A stretch of 64,000 bases of DNA from Collinsella sp. (lineage in GTDB: Bacteria > Actinomycetota > Coriobacteriia > Coriobacteriales > Coriobacteriaceae). How positions within the stretch are numbered: position 1 is the first letter of the stretch; each line of letters begins with the position of its first letter. The stretch is taken from positions 11,159 through 75,158 of the forward strand of contig DXLR01000016.1 of NCBI GenBank assembly GCA_019414625.1. The letters are read 5' to 3'. The notes beneath the pieces are model-generated. The model worked only from the letters and a program-made list of their open reading frames with translations, did not search any database and was not told the origin of the DNA. This document shows positions 51,507 through 60,507 of this stretch, one piece after another. Position numbers and translations under genes: made by a program.

Positions 51507-51752
51507 ATGGCTACTGATCACGAGCTCGTGCTGTACGTTATGACCGGCTGCCCGTATTGCATAAAGGTCAAGCGTTTCCTGGCCGATAACGGCGTGACCA
51601 TCCCCGAGCGCAACATCTCGACCGATCCCGATGCCGAGCAGACGCTTATCGCCATCGGCGGCAAGCGCCAGGTTCCCTGCCTGTTCATCGACGGCAAACC
51701 GCTTTATGAGTCGAGCGACATCATCGCGTGGGTGCAGGAAAACCTACTCTAG
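51507..51752 (+). CDS. Glutaredoxin-like protein
   Basis: CPYC, QVPCLFIDG, ESSDII. Confidence 0.9.
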   Translation: MATDHELVLYVMTGCPYCIKVKRFLADNGVTIPERNISTDPDAEQTLIAIGGKRQVPCLFIDGKPLYESSDIIAWVQENLL

Positions 51753-51791
51753 CACGCGCATCCCGTCCGTCCAAGACCCCAACCCATACGG

Positions 51792-51848
51792 CCCAAACAT
51801 GTACACCAGCATCCAAAGTCGACATTTTTCGACATCTTTGGATGCTGG
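51792..51848. repeat. 57-bp palindromic direct repeat, copy 1 (family C)
   Basis: cccaaacatgtacaccagcatccaaagtcgacatttttcgacatctttggatgctgg, identical at 52871-52927. Confidence 0.92.
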
Positions 51849-51953
51849 CCTACAGCTTTTTGGTAGTCATGGACGCTCTTGGCCGGCTAATTGTTTGAGG
51901 AGACCTTTGGATTATGGCTGTTTGACGCCTCTGGAAAGGTTTCCGAGAGGGCT

Positions 51954-52182
51954 GTGGTCAAAAAAGGGCAAATATGAGTACTGCTACCTGTTTAGTAGCA
52001 GCGATTTTGATCACTTCAGGAACTATTCAACGTTCCACTCGTCCGCAGACGACGTTATTTCTCCTCATATGTTCAATAAAAGTAGCTCTTAATGGGAACA
52101 AATCTCATCAGGAACTACAATTTATAGCAAATAAATGCAACCATAATGGCAACAGTACTCATATTTGCCCTTTTTTGACCAC
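51954..52182. repeat. MITE-like element with 30-bp perfect inverted repeats
   Basis: gtggtcaaaaaagggcaaatatgagtactg (51954-51983) and its reverse complement (52153-52182). Confidence 0.8.
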
Positions 52183-52585
52183 GACCCTCCAGAATAGTCG
52201 CTGAGAGCGACACTAAATGACAAAATCCGACACTTGAACGTTCTTATATGAGTAGCCATTGAAGGACACCTAACGACTACTCCCATTCGCGACACACTGT
52301 GTCGCGAATTAAGCTGGCCCCATTACCGAAGACCAGTGAGAGCTCCTGCCCAGAATCTCAATAGCTTAATAAAGGGCTCCCCTCCGGAAGTTCAATGAGC
52401 ATCCAAATTCCAAGCTGAAAAGCAAAGGAGTATCGAAGCCGTCAATGCTCATTTCCTATCGAACAGGCAGGTCAAAACAAGCTAATTAGCCCGATGAACT
52501 GCTTGTATTTTTGTCTACAAAATTGTATACAAAAAGAGAATCCGAGAACCGGCGCTCGACATTATGTCGATCGATAGGAGGCGCC

Positions 52586-52852
52586 ATGGATGCTAAGCAG
52601 CTCGAAAAGATGATGGGGTTTGCTCCCGGAGAGTTGAAGAAAGCCGCGGAAGCCTACGAAAAAGATGAGTGGCCGAAAGGTCACACCATCAAGTTGGGAA
52701 GGCCACCAATCTCCGATGAGCCGAGCGTCGTTATATCAGCACGTGTGGGCGAATCGATTCTTGAGGCGTTTGACGAAAAAGCCAAACGCCATGGGCAAAC
52801 ACGCACGGAGCGGCTCAGAGAGCTCATTACACTTGATGCACTGATTGCCTAG
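52586..52852 (+). CDS. Small ribbon-helix-helix/CopG antitoxin-like protein
   Basis: AGGAGG RBS; GRPP..DEPSVVISARV...FDEKAKRHGQTRTERLRELI. Confidence 0.7.
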   Translation: MDAKQLEKMMGFAPGELKKAAEAYEKDEWPKGHTIKLGRPPISDEPSVVISARVGESILEAFDEKAKRHGQTRTERLRELITLDALIA

Positions 52853-52870
52853 GCCCGCTCCCCCGTCGGA

Positions 52871-52938
52871 CCCAAACATGTACACCAGCATCCAAAGTCG
52901 ACATTTTTCGACATCTTTGGATGCTGGTGTACATGTTT
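52871..52938. repeat. Family C palindrome, copy 2 (full hairpin)
   Basis: aaacatgtacaccagcatccaaag...ctttggatgctggtgtacatgttt. Confidence 0.92.
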
Positions 52939-52946
52939 TTGCTACA

Positions 52947-53003
52947 TAGTCGTTGGGGACGTCCTTAAATGACCAGTCGTTAAAGAACGCCCCCGATGAC
53001 TAG
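52947..53003. repeat. Palindrome family B, degenerate pair
   Basis: tagtcgttggggacgtccttaaatgacc...aagaacgcccccgatgactag. Confidence 0.75.
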
Positions 53004-53957
53004 TTAGCCGTGGAAGCGAGCTGTGGGTGCAAGCGGCTGTTCACGAAAGACGCGCTCGACGGCAGCGCGGTATTCGTCGACCTTTTTGGTCTTGCGTACG
53101 ATCTTGTGGACGGTAGCGGGATCAGCGAAAGCGCACTTGGCGTAGAACCACCACTCCTTCATGCGGAAGACCGCATTGCCGCCAATCTCTTCTGCATAGG
53201 CCGCAAACAGCGTGTCGTGGAAACGCTGCAGTTCGGCTGCCGTGGCAGCGGGACCGCCCTTGACCATGCGAGCGAGCGCGGGGTTCGCAAGCAAGCCACG
53301 CCCCAGCATCACATGGCGCGTCCCGGGATAGGCCTCCACCAGCGCATCCATATCCTCAAGATCGAAAATGTCGCCGTTATAGGCCACGGGGAACGGCGCA
53401 CGCCCCAGCGTCTCGCCGTAAAACTCCTTGCGCGGCGATCCCGTATAGCGGTCCTTTTGCACGCGCGGGTGCACGATCAGCTCTGCCAACGGCATGCGGC
53501 AATACAGATCGAGCACGCGCTCGTATTCGTCGTCATTCTCCAGCCCCAGCCTGGTCTTTACCGACACCGGCAACGGCGACCGCTCGCACACATCGCTTAA
53601 GAACGCCTCGAGCTCGTCGAGATTGCGCAAGAAACCCGAGCCCTTGCCCTTGGCGACAACCGTTCCCGAAGGGCAACCCAGGTTGAGATTGACCTCGCGG
53701 TAGCCCATGTCGGCGAGCACCTGTGCCGCCCACACAAACTCGTCCGCGTTCTTGGACATCAGCTGAGGCACCACGTTGAGCCCCTGGTTATTGGCAGGAT
53801 CGATCTCCTTAAACGCCTTGCCGCCAAAGCGGTTTCCCACCCGCGGCGGCGGCAAAAACGGCGTGTAATAGCAATCGAGCGCACCGAAGCACTCCGCATG
53901 CACGCGACGGAACACATGCCCGGTAATCCCCTCCATAGGGGCCAGCGAAAGGATCAT
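53004..53957 (-). CDS. dus: tRNA-dihydrouridine synthase family protein
   Basis: LAPMEG, NLNLGCPS, SVKTRLG, HPR, YNGDI, MLGRG. Confidence 0.92.
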   Translation of the reverse strand: MILSLAPMEGITGHVFRRVHAECFGALDCYYTPFLPPPRVGNRFGGKAFKEIDPANNQGLNVVPQLMSKNADEFVWAAQVLADMGYREVNLNLGCPSGTVVAKGKGSGFLRNLDELEAFLSDVCERSPLPVSVKTRLGLENDDEYERVLDLYCRMPLAELIVHPRVQKDRYTGSPRKEFYGETLGRAPFPVAYNGDIFDLEDMDALVEAYPGTRHVMLGRGLLANPALARMVKGGPAATAAELQRFHDTLFAAYAEEIGGNAVFRMKEWWFYAKCAFADPATVHKIVRKTKKVDEYRAAVERVFREQPLAPTARFHG

Positions 53958-53981
53958 CTACTCTTCTCTCATATCAACACA

Positions 53982-54007
53982 ACAAAGGGGCCGTCCCTTT
54001 GTCACAT
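53982..54007. repeat. Palindrome family A, truncated copy
   Basis: acaaaggggccgtccctttgtcacat. Confidence 0.8.
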
Positions 54008-54090
54008 GCATTATGCCTTGCGCTTCAGGCGATTCACAAGGAAGAGGTAGCTACTGAACGATGACCACCCTCCAGCCGCACCCCATACAA

Positions 54091-54273
54091 CGAGGTTTAA
54101 TACTTTTCCCGAGAAGTGAACGAGTGAAAACGGGCCCCCGAAGCATCGGCACTTTCGAGATGCAATTTCCTGCGGTTTTGCCAGCCAAATCCTGCGGGTT
54201 TGACGTCTAAAAATGTCGATGCTTCGGAGGTCCAAGTATGGCCGTTCACTTCTCGGAAAAGTATTAGACCTCG
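54091..54273. repeat. Long nested inverted repeat (about 180-bp hairpin)
   Basis: cgaggtttaatacttttcccgagaagtgaacg / cgttcacttctcggaaaagtattagacctcg, with inner ccgaagcatcg / cgatgcttcgg. Confidence 0.8.
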
Positions 54274-54288
54274 ATTTACATGCCACTC

Positions 54289-54321
54289 AATGTGACAAAG
54301 TGGCTGCTCCTTTGTCACATT
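54289..54321. repeat. Palindrome family A, divergent copy
   Basis: aatgtgacaaag-tggctgctc-ctttgtcacatt. Confidence 0.88.
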
Positions 54322-54405
54322 CGATGAAAAAGGGCACCGATGTTAGTCGATACCCCAAAGCGGCTGCAGGTTAAGCCCTACAGCGTATGTCTAAGACGAA
54401 TCGAA

Positions 54406-55671
54406 CTATTCGTCCCAGGAGAGGTTCTTACCAGTCTTTTTTGCCAGCAGCAAGAACAGGCCGATAATAACGTTGCATGCGATGCAGAAGATGAAGACGC
54501 CCTGGAAGGAGCCGACAAGCTCATAGACCTTCATCATAACGGGCATGCCAAAGGCGCCGACGATATAGCCCACGGAGCAGATCAGCGCGAAGATGCGACC
54601 GAAATCGCGGGAGCCAAAGACATCCATAACCAAAACGGTCAGGGCAGTGCCAGCGATGACGTACATTACGTCGTTCACGCCTGCTGCGAGGATGCTGAGC
54701 GTCGAGTTGCCGCTGCTCATCATGAGCATGACAAAGGAGAGGATGGAGACAGCGAGCCAGCCCAGAATGGCCTTCGTGCTGCCGAACCTATCGCAAGTGG
54801 TGCCGACGATCGGATTGAGGAACAGATCGAAGAGCGATGCAGCGGATACCATGAAGCCGCCCACCATGGGGCTAAAACCAACCTCGGAAGCATACGTCGG
54901 GAAGAGCTGGTTCATGCAGCAAGTGAGCTGAACGAGACAGAGGAAGCCGATGCAGAAGAAGAAGGCAGGCGACTTAATGGCGCGCGCATAGCTAACGCCA
55001 CGCGTGCTATCCTCGGTCGTCTCCTCGGTCTCGGTGACCGTCTCGCCCTCGACGTAGCCATAGGGCAGCATGCCCTTGTCCTGAGGCTTATAGCGAATAA
55101 TCAGGACGGAAGCGGGGAGAATGAGCACGGCGGAGACGCCAGCGAGCACCAGATAGCCAGTCCTCCAGCCAGCGGCCTCGATGACAGAGGTGATGACGGG
55201 GCTCATGATGAGCATGTAAATCGAGTTCACTGCCCAAGCGAGACCGATTGCCAGGCCACCAGATTTTTTGAACCACTGGTCAATAACGTCGGACATGGCG
55301 ACGCCGGTGGTGAAGGCGAAGCAAACGCCAATCAGGGCGCCAGCGGCGATGAACATCCAGACTTCGGTGTAGAAGGCCATGCCTGCGCCGGCAGCAAGCA
55401 AAATAAGCTCGACAACGGGGAGCCAAACCTTGCCAACGACCTTGGGAATGAGTTTTCCGACAAACGGAAGAGCTGCCGCAAGACCAATGAGCGTTGCGGT
55501 GAAGTAATACGAGAAGATGGAATAGTCAAACCCGAACTCCTCGCACACGGGTGCGACGAAGGAGCCCGCGATGACGCTATAGGATCCGGTCGTGCCGGCA
55601 GACATAAGGCCGAGCGCGATTACGAGAACCCATGCGTAAACCTTGCTGCTCTTTAACTTTGCATTTTCCAT
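54406..55671 (-). CDS. MFS transporter
   Basis: 12 TM, WFKKSGGLAIG, GTTCDRFG, FGSRDFGRI. Confidence 0.9.
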   Translation of the reverse strand: MENAKLKSSKVYAWVLVIALGLMSAGTTGSYSVIAGSFVAPVCEEFGFDYSIFSYYFTATLIGLAAALPFVGKLIPKVVGKVWLPVVELILLAAGAGMAFYTEVWMFIAAGALIGVCFAFTTGVAMSDVIDQWFKKSGGLAIGLAWAVNSIYMLIMSPVITSVIEAAGWRTGYLVLAGVSAVLILPASVLIIRYKPQDKGMLPYGYVEGETVTETEETTEDSTRGVSYARAIKSPAFFFCIGFLCLVQLTCCMNQLFPTYASEVGFSPMVGGFMVSAASLFDLFLNPIVGTTCDRFGSTKAILGWLAVSILSFVMLMMSSGNSTLSILAAGVNDVMYVIAGTALTVLVMDVFGSRDFGRIFALICSVGYIVGAFGMPVMMKVYELVGSFQGVFIFCIACNVIIGLFLLLAKKTGKNLSWDE

Positions 55672-55682
55672 TGATACAGCTC

Positions 55683-56747
55683 CTAGAGACCCAGAAGGGC
55701 ACACATAACGGCCTTGATGGTGTGCTGACGGTTCTCTGCCTCACGGAAGATGACCGAAGCGTTGGCCTCAAAGCACTCGTCGGCAATCTCAAAGCCCTCG
55801 GTGATGATTTCGCGATGGAGGTCGTTCTTGCACTGGTCGAGGAGCATTTTGCCGACACGGTGATCTGCGTTATGGACAGAGGGAAGCTCATGCATGCAGA
55901 AGATGTCGGGATTGTTGGTGCGCTTGCACAGCTCGCTGGTGACGCGATAGGGGTACAAAGACTCGGCATCGCCCAGCCAGGAGTTGTAGTCGTCGGGATC
56001 CAGAACCTCTTCGCCGCACTCGGGGTTGATGTAGCGCCACTCCTCGGTAACGATAACGTCAACGCCATCCAGGGCATCGAGGTCAGAGGTGATGGTAAAG
56101 GTCCTATTGGGAGCGTACTTGGCGTAGCAGGCCTCCACCTCTTCGATCATTTCCTTGCACATCTGATGACGGAGGTCGTCGGGGCCGATGGCGAGGAAGT
56201 CCATGTCGAGCATAGCGCACAGACGGCCATACCACACCGGGGCGCCGGCGCAGTTGCCAACGAAAGCCATCTTCTTGCCGCGGCTCGTACGCAAACCGCC
56301 CCATTGCTCTTCCATCGTAAGAGCGTCAGCGAGCATCTGAGTCGGGTGATCGCAGAGAGTAAGGGCATTGATGACCGGGATGTCAACCAGGTCGGCGACG
56401 TCATAGAGGAACTGCTCGTCCTTCTGTGCGCGATAGACGATGAGATCATACATGCCGTTAAAGACGCGCATGGCGTCCTTGACGGTCTCGCAGTCACCCA
56501 TGTGGGAGTTGGTCAGATAAGTGAAGCCCATGCCCAAATCGTTGCAGGAGGTCTCGAATGCGCAACGAGTACGGGTCGAGCCCCACTCAAAGTTGGCGAG
56601 GACGTTTTTGCCGGGGAAGTAGCGCTGGTCGACACCAGACTTCTTCTGAGCCTTAAGGTTCCAGGCAAGATCGATGAGATAGCGGAAATCCTCGGAGGAG
56701 AGATCATGGATGTTGATGTAGTCGCGACCGCGGAGGCTGTTGTTCAT
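55683..56747 (-). CDS. Carbamoyltransferase (ornithine/putrescine family) with atypical substrate motifs
   Basis: STRTR and HPTQ are present; HELP replaces HCLP; TEEWRY replaces TDVW. Confidence 0.85.
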   Translation of the reverse strand: MNNSLRGRDYINIHDLSSEDFRYLIDLAWNLKAQKKSGVDQRYFPGKNVLANFEWGSTRTRCAFETSCNDLGMGFTYLTNSHMGDCETVKDAMRVFNGMYDLIVYRAQKDEQFLYDVADLVDIPVINALTLCDHPTQMLADALTMEEQWGGLRTSRGKKMAFVGNCAGAPVWYGRLCAMLDMDFLAIGPDDLRHQMCKEMIEEVEACYAKYAPNRTFTITSDLDALDGVDVIVTEEWRYINPECGEEVLDPDDYNSWLGDAESLYPYRVTSELCKRTNNPDIFCMHELPSVHNADHRVGKMLLDQCKNDLHREIITEGFEIADECFEANASVIFREAENRQHTIKAVMCALLGL

Positions 56748-56870
56748 GCCTATTTCCTTTCGAATTATTATCAAAATTATTGTTGAATGTGTCCCCGAGG
56801 AAAACACGGATATCCCTCGGGGAGCGGTACATGTGGCGCCTAAGCCAAAGAGCGCAGGCTCTAAGGCTCA

Positions 56871-58109
56871 CTAACGACTGGCCGCCACGTCCTTAGTCCA
56901 GCAGTGCACGCCGCCGCCGGACAGGTTAAGCGCGAGGGAATCAATCATGATGACCTTGCGATCGGGGAAGCAGCTCTCAAGAACTGCTTTGGCCTGCTCA
57001 TCCTTCTCTTTCACGACCTCGCTCATGCCCTCGTGGTAATAACGCTGGCCAAGAACGACGCCGTTACAAATCAGGAAGTTGCAGTAGCTCGCTGCGGCGT
57101 AGAAGTGGACGGGGCCCTCGGGCCAGGGGGTGCCATCCATAAACTTGCCGCCCATTTCGTCGATGAAGCCCTTATAGAGCTCGTAATCTTCATCGCCAGG
57201 GGCGATAACGACTTCAATAGGCTCGGCGGTGGGCATACGAACGATCTCGAAGGGCTTGCCCTCCCAGTCCGTTTCGTTGCTCAGGATCTCGTAGGCTGCC
57301 TCAATGCGGCGACGAGACTCTGCTCCAGCCTTGCTCGAGGCTGCCTCTTCATCGGACACCTCGGCAAGAAGAATCTTGTTCGGAGTGATAAAGCGACACA
57401 TCTCATCAATGTGAGCTGCAAAGCTCATGCCAAAGACGGGAGTTCCGTCTTCCTTCTCGTCGAGGATGCCCGGTCGATAGTCGTCGTCCTCGAGCATAGG
57501 CTGCGGAAGCCAGATAACCTTGTTGAGGTTGTAGATGCGCTTATACTCGGCCTCTATTTCCTCTTTCGTGAACTCGGGATTACGCTTGCGGCATTCCGTG
57601 TCCTCGATGGCGATCAGAGTGCCGTGACCGTCAAACTCGCGGTCGCCGCCCTCCGAAACCATTTCGGAATTGACGATATCGAAGCAACCGAGCGCAACCG
57701 CCATGTGAACGGCTGCCTTACGTGCGGACTGGCACTCCGGGGAGTTCTTGTCCCACACGCCGTAATAGGTCCAAGCGGGGTTGACCATATAAGAATGGCC
57801 CTTGTCGTCGACCATGATGCTGGGACCGTTGTCGCGGACATAGAAGTTGGAGTCTTCGAACTGCGTGATCTCGATGCGATCGAGATCAACCCCCTCCTCC
57901 TTCAGGCGCGAGCAAGCCTCCTCATAGGAGCCGGGGGTGCCGCAATTGAGGTTGACCGTAACGTCGCCATACTCGAGCAGAGCCTTGATCACGTCAACGC
58001 AGGGCTGGCGGTTATCGTAGCCCTCTGCACGGATGTAATCGGGAAGCCATGTCACATAGACGTTGGAGCGCTTCTCGAACTCGCCCGGCATACGATAGTT
58101 CTCGTACAT
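56871..58109 (-). CDS. Agmatine deiminase-like (pentein) enzyme
   Basis: RMPGEFE, VRDNGP, EGG, HIDEMCRF, SYCNF, GGGVHCWT. Confidence 0.88.
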   Translation of the reverse strand: MYENYRMPGEFEKRSNVYVTWLPDYIRAEGYDNRQPCVDVIKALLEYGDVTVNLNCGTPGSYEEACSRLKEEGVDLDRIEITQFEDSNFYVRDNGPSIMVDDKGHSYMVNPAWTYYGVWDKNSPECQSARKAAVHMAVALGCFDIVNSEMVSEGGDREFDGHGTLIAIEDTECRKRNPEFTKEEIEAEYKRIYNLNKVIWLPQPMLEDDDYRPGILDEKEDGTPVFGMSFAAHIDEMCRFITPNKILLAEVSDEEAASSKAGAESRRRIEAAYEILSNETDWEGKPFEIVRMPTAEPIEVVIAPGDEDYELYKGFIDEMGGKFMDGTPWPEGPVHFYAAASYCNFLICNGVVLGQRYYHEGMSEVVKEKDEQAKAVLESCFPDRKVIMIDSLALNLSGGGVHCWTKDVAASR

Positions 58110-58187
58110 GGTTGGTCCTTCCGTCGGGTTTCCCGCGATGCTGTCCGGCCGCGACAATAGCGGGGTTTCACCTGCTATAGTACTACT

Positions 58188-58205
58188 ATACCTACCGTTC
58201 GGTAG
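58188..58205. promoter_or_regulatory. Putative TetR operator (CTACCGTTCGGTAG)
   Basis: Palindrome in the divergent promoter; similar boxes at about 58237, 60364 and 60431. Confidence 0.6.
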
Positions 58206-58333
58206 ATAATTTTGAATAATTGCCGCTCGCCTACTGATACATACCGTTCGCCGTATATAGTGGTCATGTTTGGACACGAATTGATGTTCCGTTGCCATCC
58301 TTAATAATGTTGGTAGTGCGGAAGTGATTTGCA

Positions 58334-58912
58334 ATGGAGAAATGCAGCGTGAGCACAAGAAAAAAAATATTGGACGCAATGTACGATCTTGTGGCAGAAG
58401 TCGGTTATGACAAAGCGTCTATCGGAAAGATTTGCGACTTTGTCGGTATATCCAAGCCGTCGGTGTACTACTACTTTCCCTCAAAAGAGGAGATTTTCAC
58501 TACGCTCTTGGACAGCATGTTTCCGACCATTGACTATCAGCGCGACTACTCGCTAATAGTCGATAGGGACGGGTTCAAGGCCGCGCTTATCGAGCTCGGC
58601 AATTCAGTTATAGGTGGCTATCGAAGCGATGAAAAGCGCCGGCGCGTGCTGGCCGAGGTTAGCGTTCAAGCAAATCGAATTCCTGCAGTTCAGGAACGTC
58701 AAGCGACGGCGACCAAACGAACCATGGATGCGCTTAAAGACATCCTTCTTCATGGTGTAGAGATTGGCGCGTTTTCCGATAGCGCCGACGTAATGCTCTA
58801 CGTACAAATTCTTTATACCGTTCTGGAGGGAGCAAGCAATACGGTCGCTCAAGGTGAGGATATTGATGAGAAAGCGGTTTGGGCGGGAATAGTCGAGCTT
58901 ATGTTCAAATAG
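58334..58912 (+). CDS. TetR-family regulator
   Basis: GYDKASIGKICDFVGISKPSVYYYFPSKEEIF. Confidence 0.92.
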   Translation: MEKCSVSTRKKILDAMYDLVAEVGYDKASIGKICDFVGISKPSVYYYFPSKEEIFTTLLDSMFPTIDYQRDYSLIVDRDGFKAALIELGNSVIGGYRSDEKRRRVLAEVSVQANRIPAVQERQATATKRTMDALKDILLHGVEIGAFSDSADVMLYVQILYTVLEGASNTVAQGEDIDEKAVWAGIVELMFK

Positions 58913-58973
58913 ACCAGCCAAGCTGAAGCGCATGTTGGCGCCCATGGTGCCTGCGGGCAACCTTTAAAACGAA

Positions 58974-59015
58974 AACAGGGGTCGACTCCAATCTGGCTTG
59001 GAGTCGACCCCTGTT
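58974..59015. terminator. Bidirectional terminator-like hairpin
   Basis: aacaggggtcgactcca / tggagtcgacccctgtt between convergent tetR and MFS. Confidence 0.8.
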
Positions 59016-59049
59016 GCGTGGCAATCTATGCCGGTGCAATCGGCGCTTA

Positions 59050-60330
59050 TTACTTTTCAGCAGCCTTATTGAGAAAGCCGGAAACGATAGCAAACGCAGC
59101 AATCATAAGGTTGCAGGCAATGCAGAAGATAAATACTCCCTGGAATGACCCTGCCATGCCGTAAACCTTCATCATGACCGGCATTCCAAAAGCACCGACG
59201 ACATAGCCCGCTGAGCAAACGATCGAATAGATCCTTCCAAAATCGCGTGATCCAAAGAGCGAGAGGAGAAGCATCGGCATTGCGGTTCCAACGATGGCGA
59301 ACATGACATCGTTTACACCAGCTGCAATGATGGAAACGGTCTCATTGCTTCCGCCAATGATAAGAAGCAGGAATGAAAGAATGCTGACACCTGTCCATGC
59401 GACCGTTGCTTTAATAGCGCCAAGCTTGTCGCATGTTTTGCCCACGAAGGGATTTAGGAAGATATCGGAGAGTGAAGCTGCCGAGACCATTAAGCTTCCT
59501 ACGATAGGATTGAAACCGACCTCGCTTGCATAGGTTGGAAACAGCTGGTTCATGCAGCAGGTGAGCTGCGCCACGCAAAGCAAGAGGACACAGAGAATAA
59601 AAGACGGCGTTTTCGCGGCATCGCGGAGTGCCATGCCCGAAAGGACATCTTCCTGCTCATCGGCGCTGCAGCTCTCATGGGTTTCGGAGACGGTCTCTCC
59701 GTACGGAAGCATATTGCGATCAGAGGGGTTAAGGCGAATGATAAATGCGCTTGCAGGCAAAATCATAGCTGCAGAAACGGCCGCAAGCACGATGTATCCC
59801 GTACGCCAGCCTTGCTGCTCGATGACCAGCGTAATGACAGGACTCAATAACAGCGTGCAGAGAGAATTAACGCCCCAAGCGAGGCCGATGGCGAGACCGG
59901 ACGATTTGCTGAACCATTGGTCAATGACATCGGACATGCAGACGCCCGTTGTAAACGAAAAGCAGATGCCGATCACTGCGGCGGAGACGGTGAACATCCA
60001 GACCTCGGTGTAGAACGCCATTGCGGCGCCGGCGGCAATAAGGACGAGTTCAATGCAAATATGCCATGGTTTGCCGATTACTTTTGGAATGAAGCGACTC
60101 AAAAGCGGAAGCCCAAGCGCAAGGCCAAGAAGAATCGCGGTGAAATAGAAAGAAAAAGAAGTGTAGTCAAAGCCCAGATCTTCACATACTGGAGCAACGA
60201 ATGAGCCGGCAATAATGCTATATGTGCCAGTTGTTCCGGCGGACATTAAGCCGAGCGCAATAACGACGACCCAAGCAAATGCGCCGCTTTCACGGAGACA
60301 ATCTTTTTTGGCTGGTGTGGTGAGAGTCAT
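59050..60330 (-). CDS. MFS transporter, paralog of 54406..55671
   Basis: Shares IALGLMSAGTTG, MSDVIDQWF and QLTCCMNQLFPTYASEVGF with the other MFS. Confidence 0.9.
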   Translation of the reverse strand: MTLTTPAKKDCLRESGAFAWVVVIALGLMSAGTTGTYSIIAGSFVAPVCEDLGFDYTSFSFYFTAILLGLALGLPLLSRFIPKVIGKPWHICIELVLIAAGAAMAFYTEVWMFTVSAAVIGICFSFTTGVCMSDVIDQWFSKSSGLAIGLAWGVNSLCTLLLSPVITLVIEQQGWRTGYIVLAAVSAAMILPASAFIIRLNPSDRNMLPYGETVSETHESCSADEQEDVLSGMALRDAAKTPSFILCVLLLCVAQLTCCMNQLFPTYASEVGFNPIVGSLMVSAASLSDIFLNPFVGKTCDKLGAIKATVAWTGVSILSFLLLIIGGSNETVSIIAAGVNDVMFAIVGTAMPMLLLSLFGSRDFGRIYSIVCSAGYVVGAFGMPVMMKVYGMAGSFQGVFIFCIACNLMIAAFAIVSGFLNKAAEK

Positions 60331-60474
60331 GGTTGCTCCATTTCTATCGGCAATACATCCTATATGCCTACCGATAGGTATATAAACCAGAGGACTCTTC
60401 GTCAAGCATTAAGCGGGGAGAGGGAGTTCTTAACCTGCCGAACGGTAATTAGACCCCGTTTTCGCAAGGGTCTC

Positions 60475-60507
60475 AATGTGACAAAGGGACTGTCCCTTTG
60501 TCACATT
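60475..60507. repeat. Palindrome family A copy
   Basis: aatgtgacaaagggactgtccctttgtcacatt, overlapping the stop of the ABC fusion gene. Confidence 0.95.

Noticed and set aside
55683..56747. argF/arcB or aguB assignment
   Set aside because: Substrate-site motifs deviate from both OTC and PTC, so a symbol is not supportable
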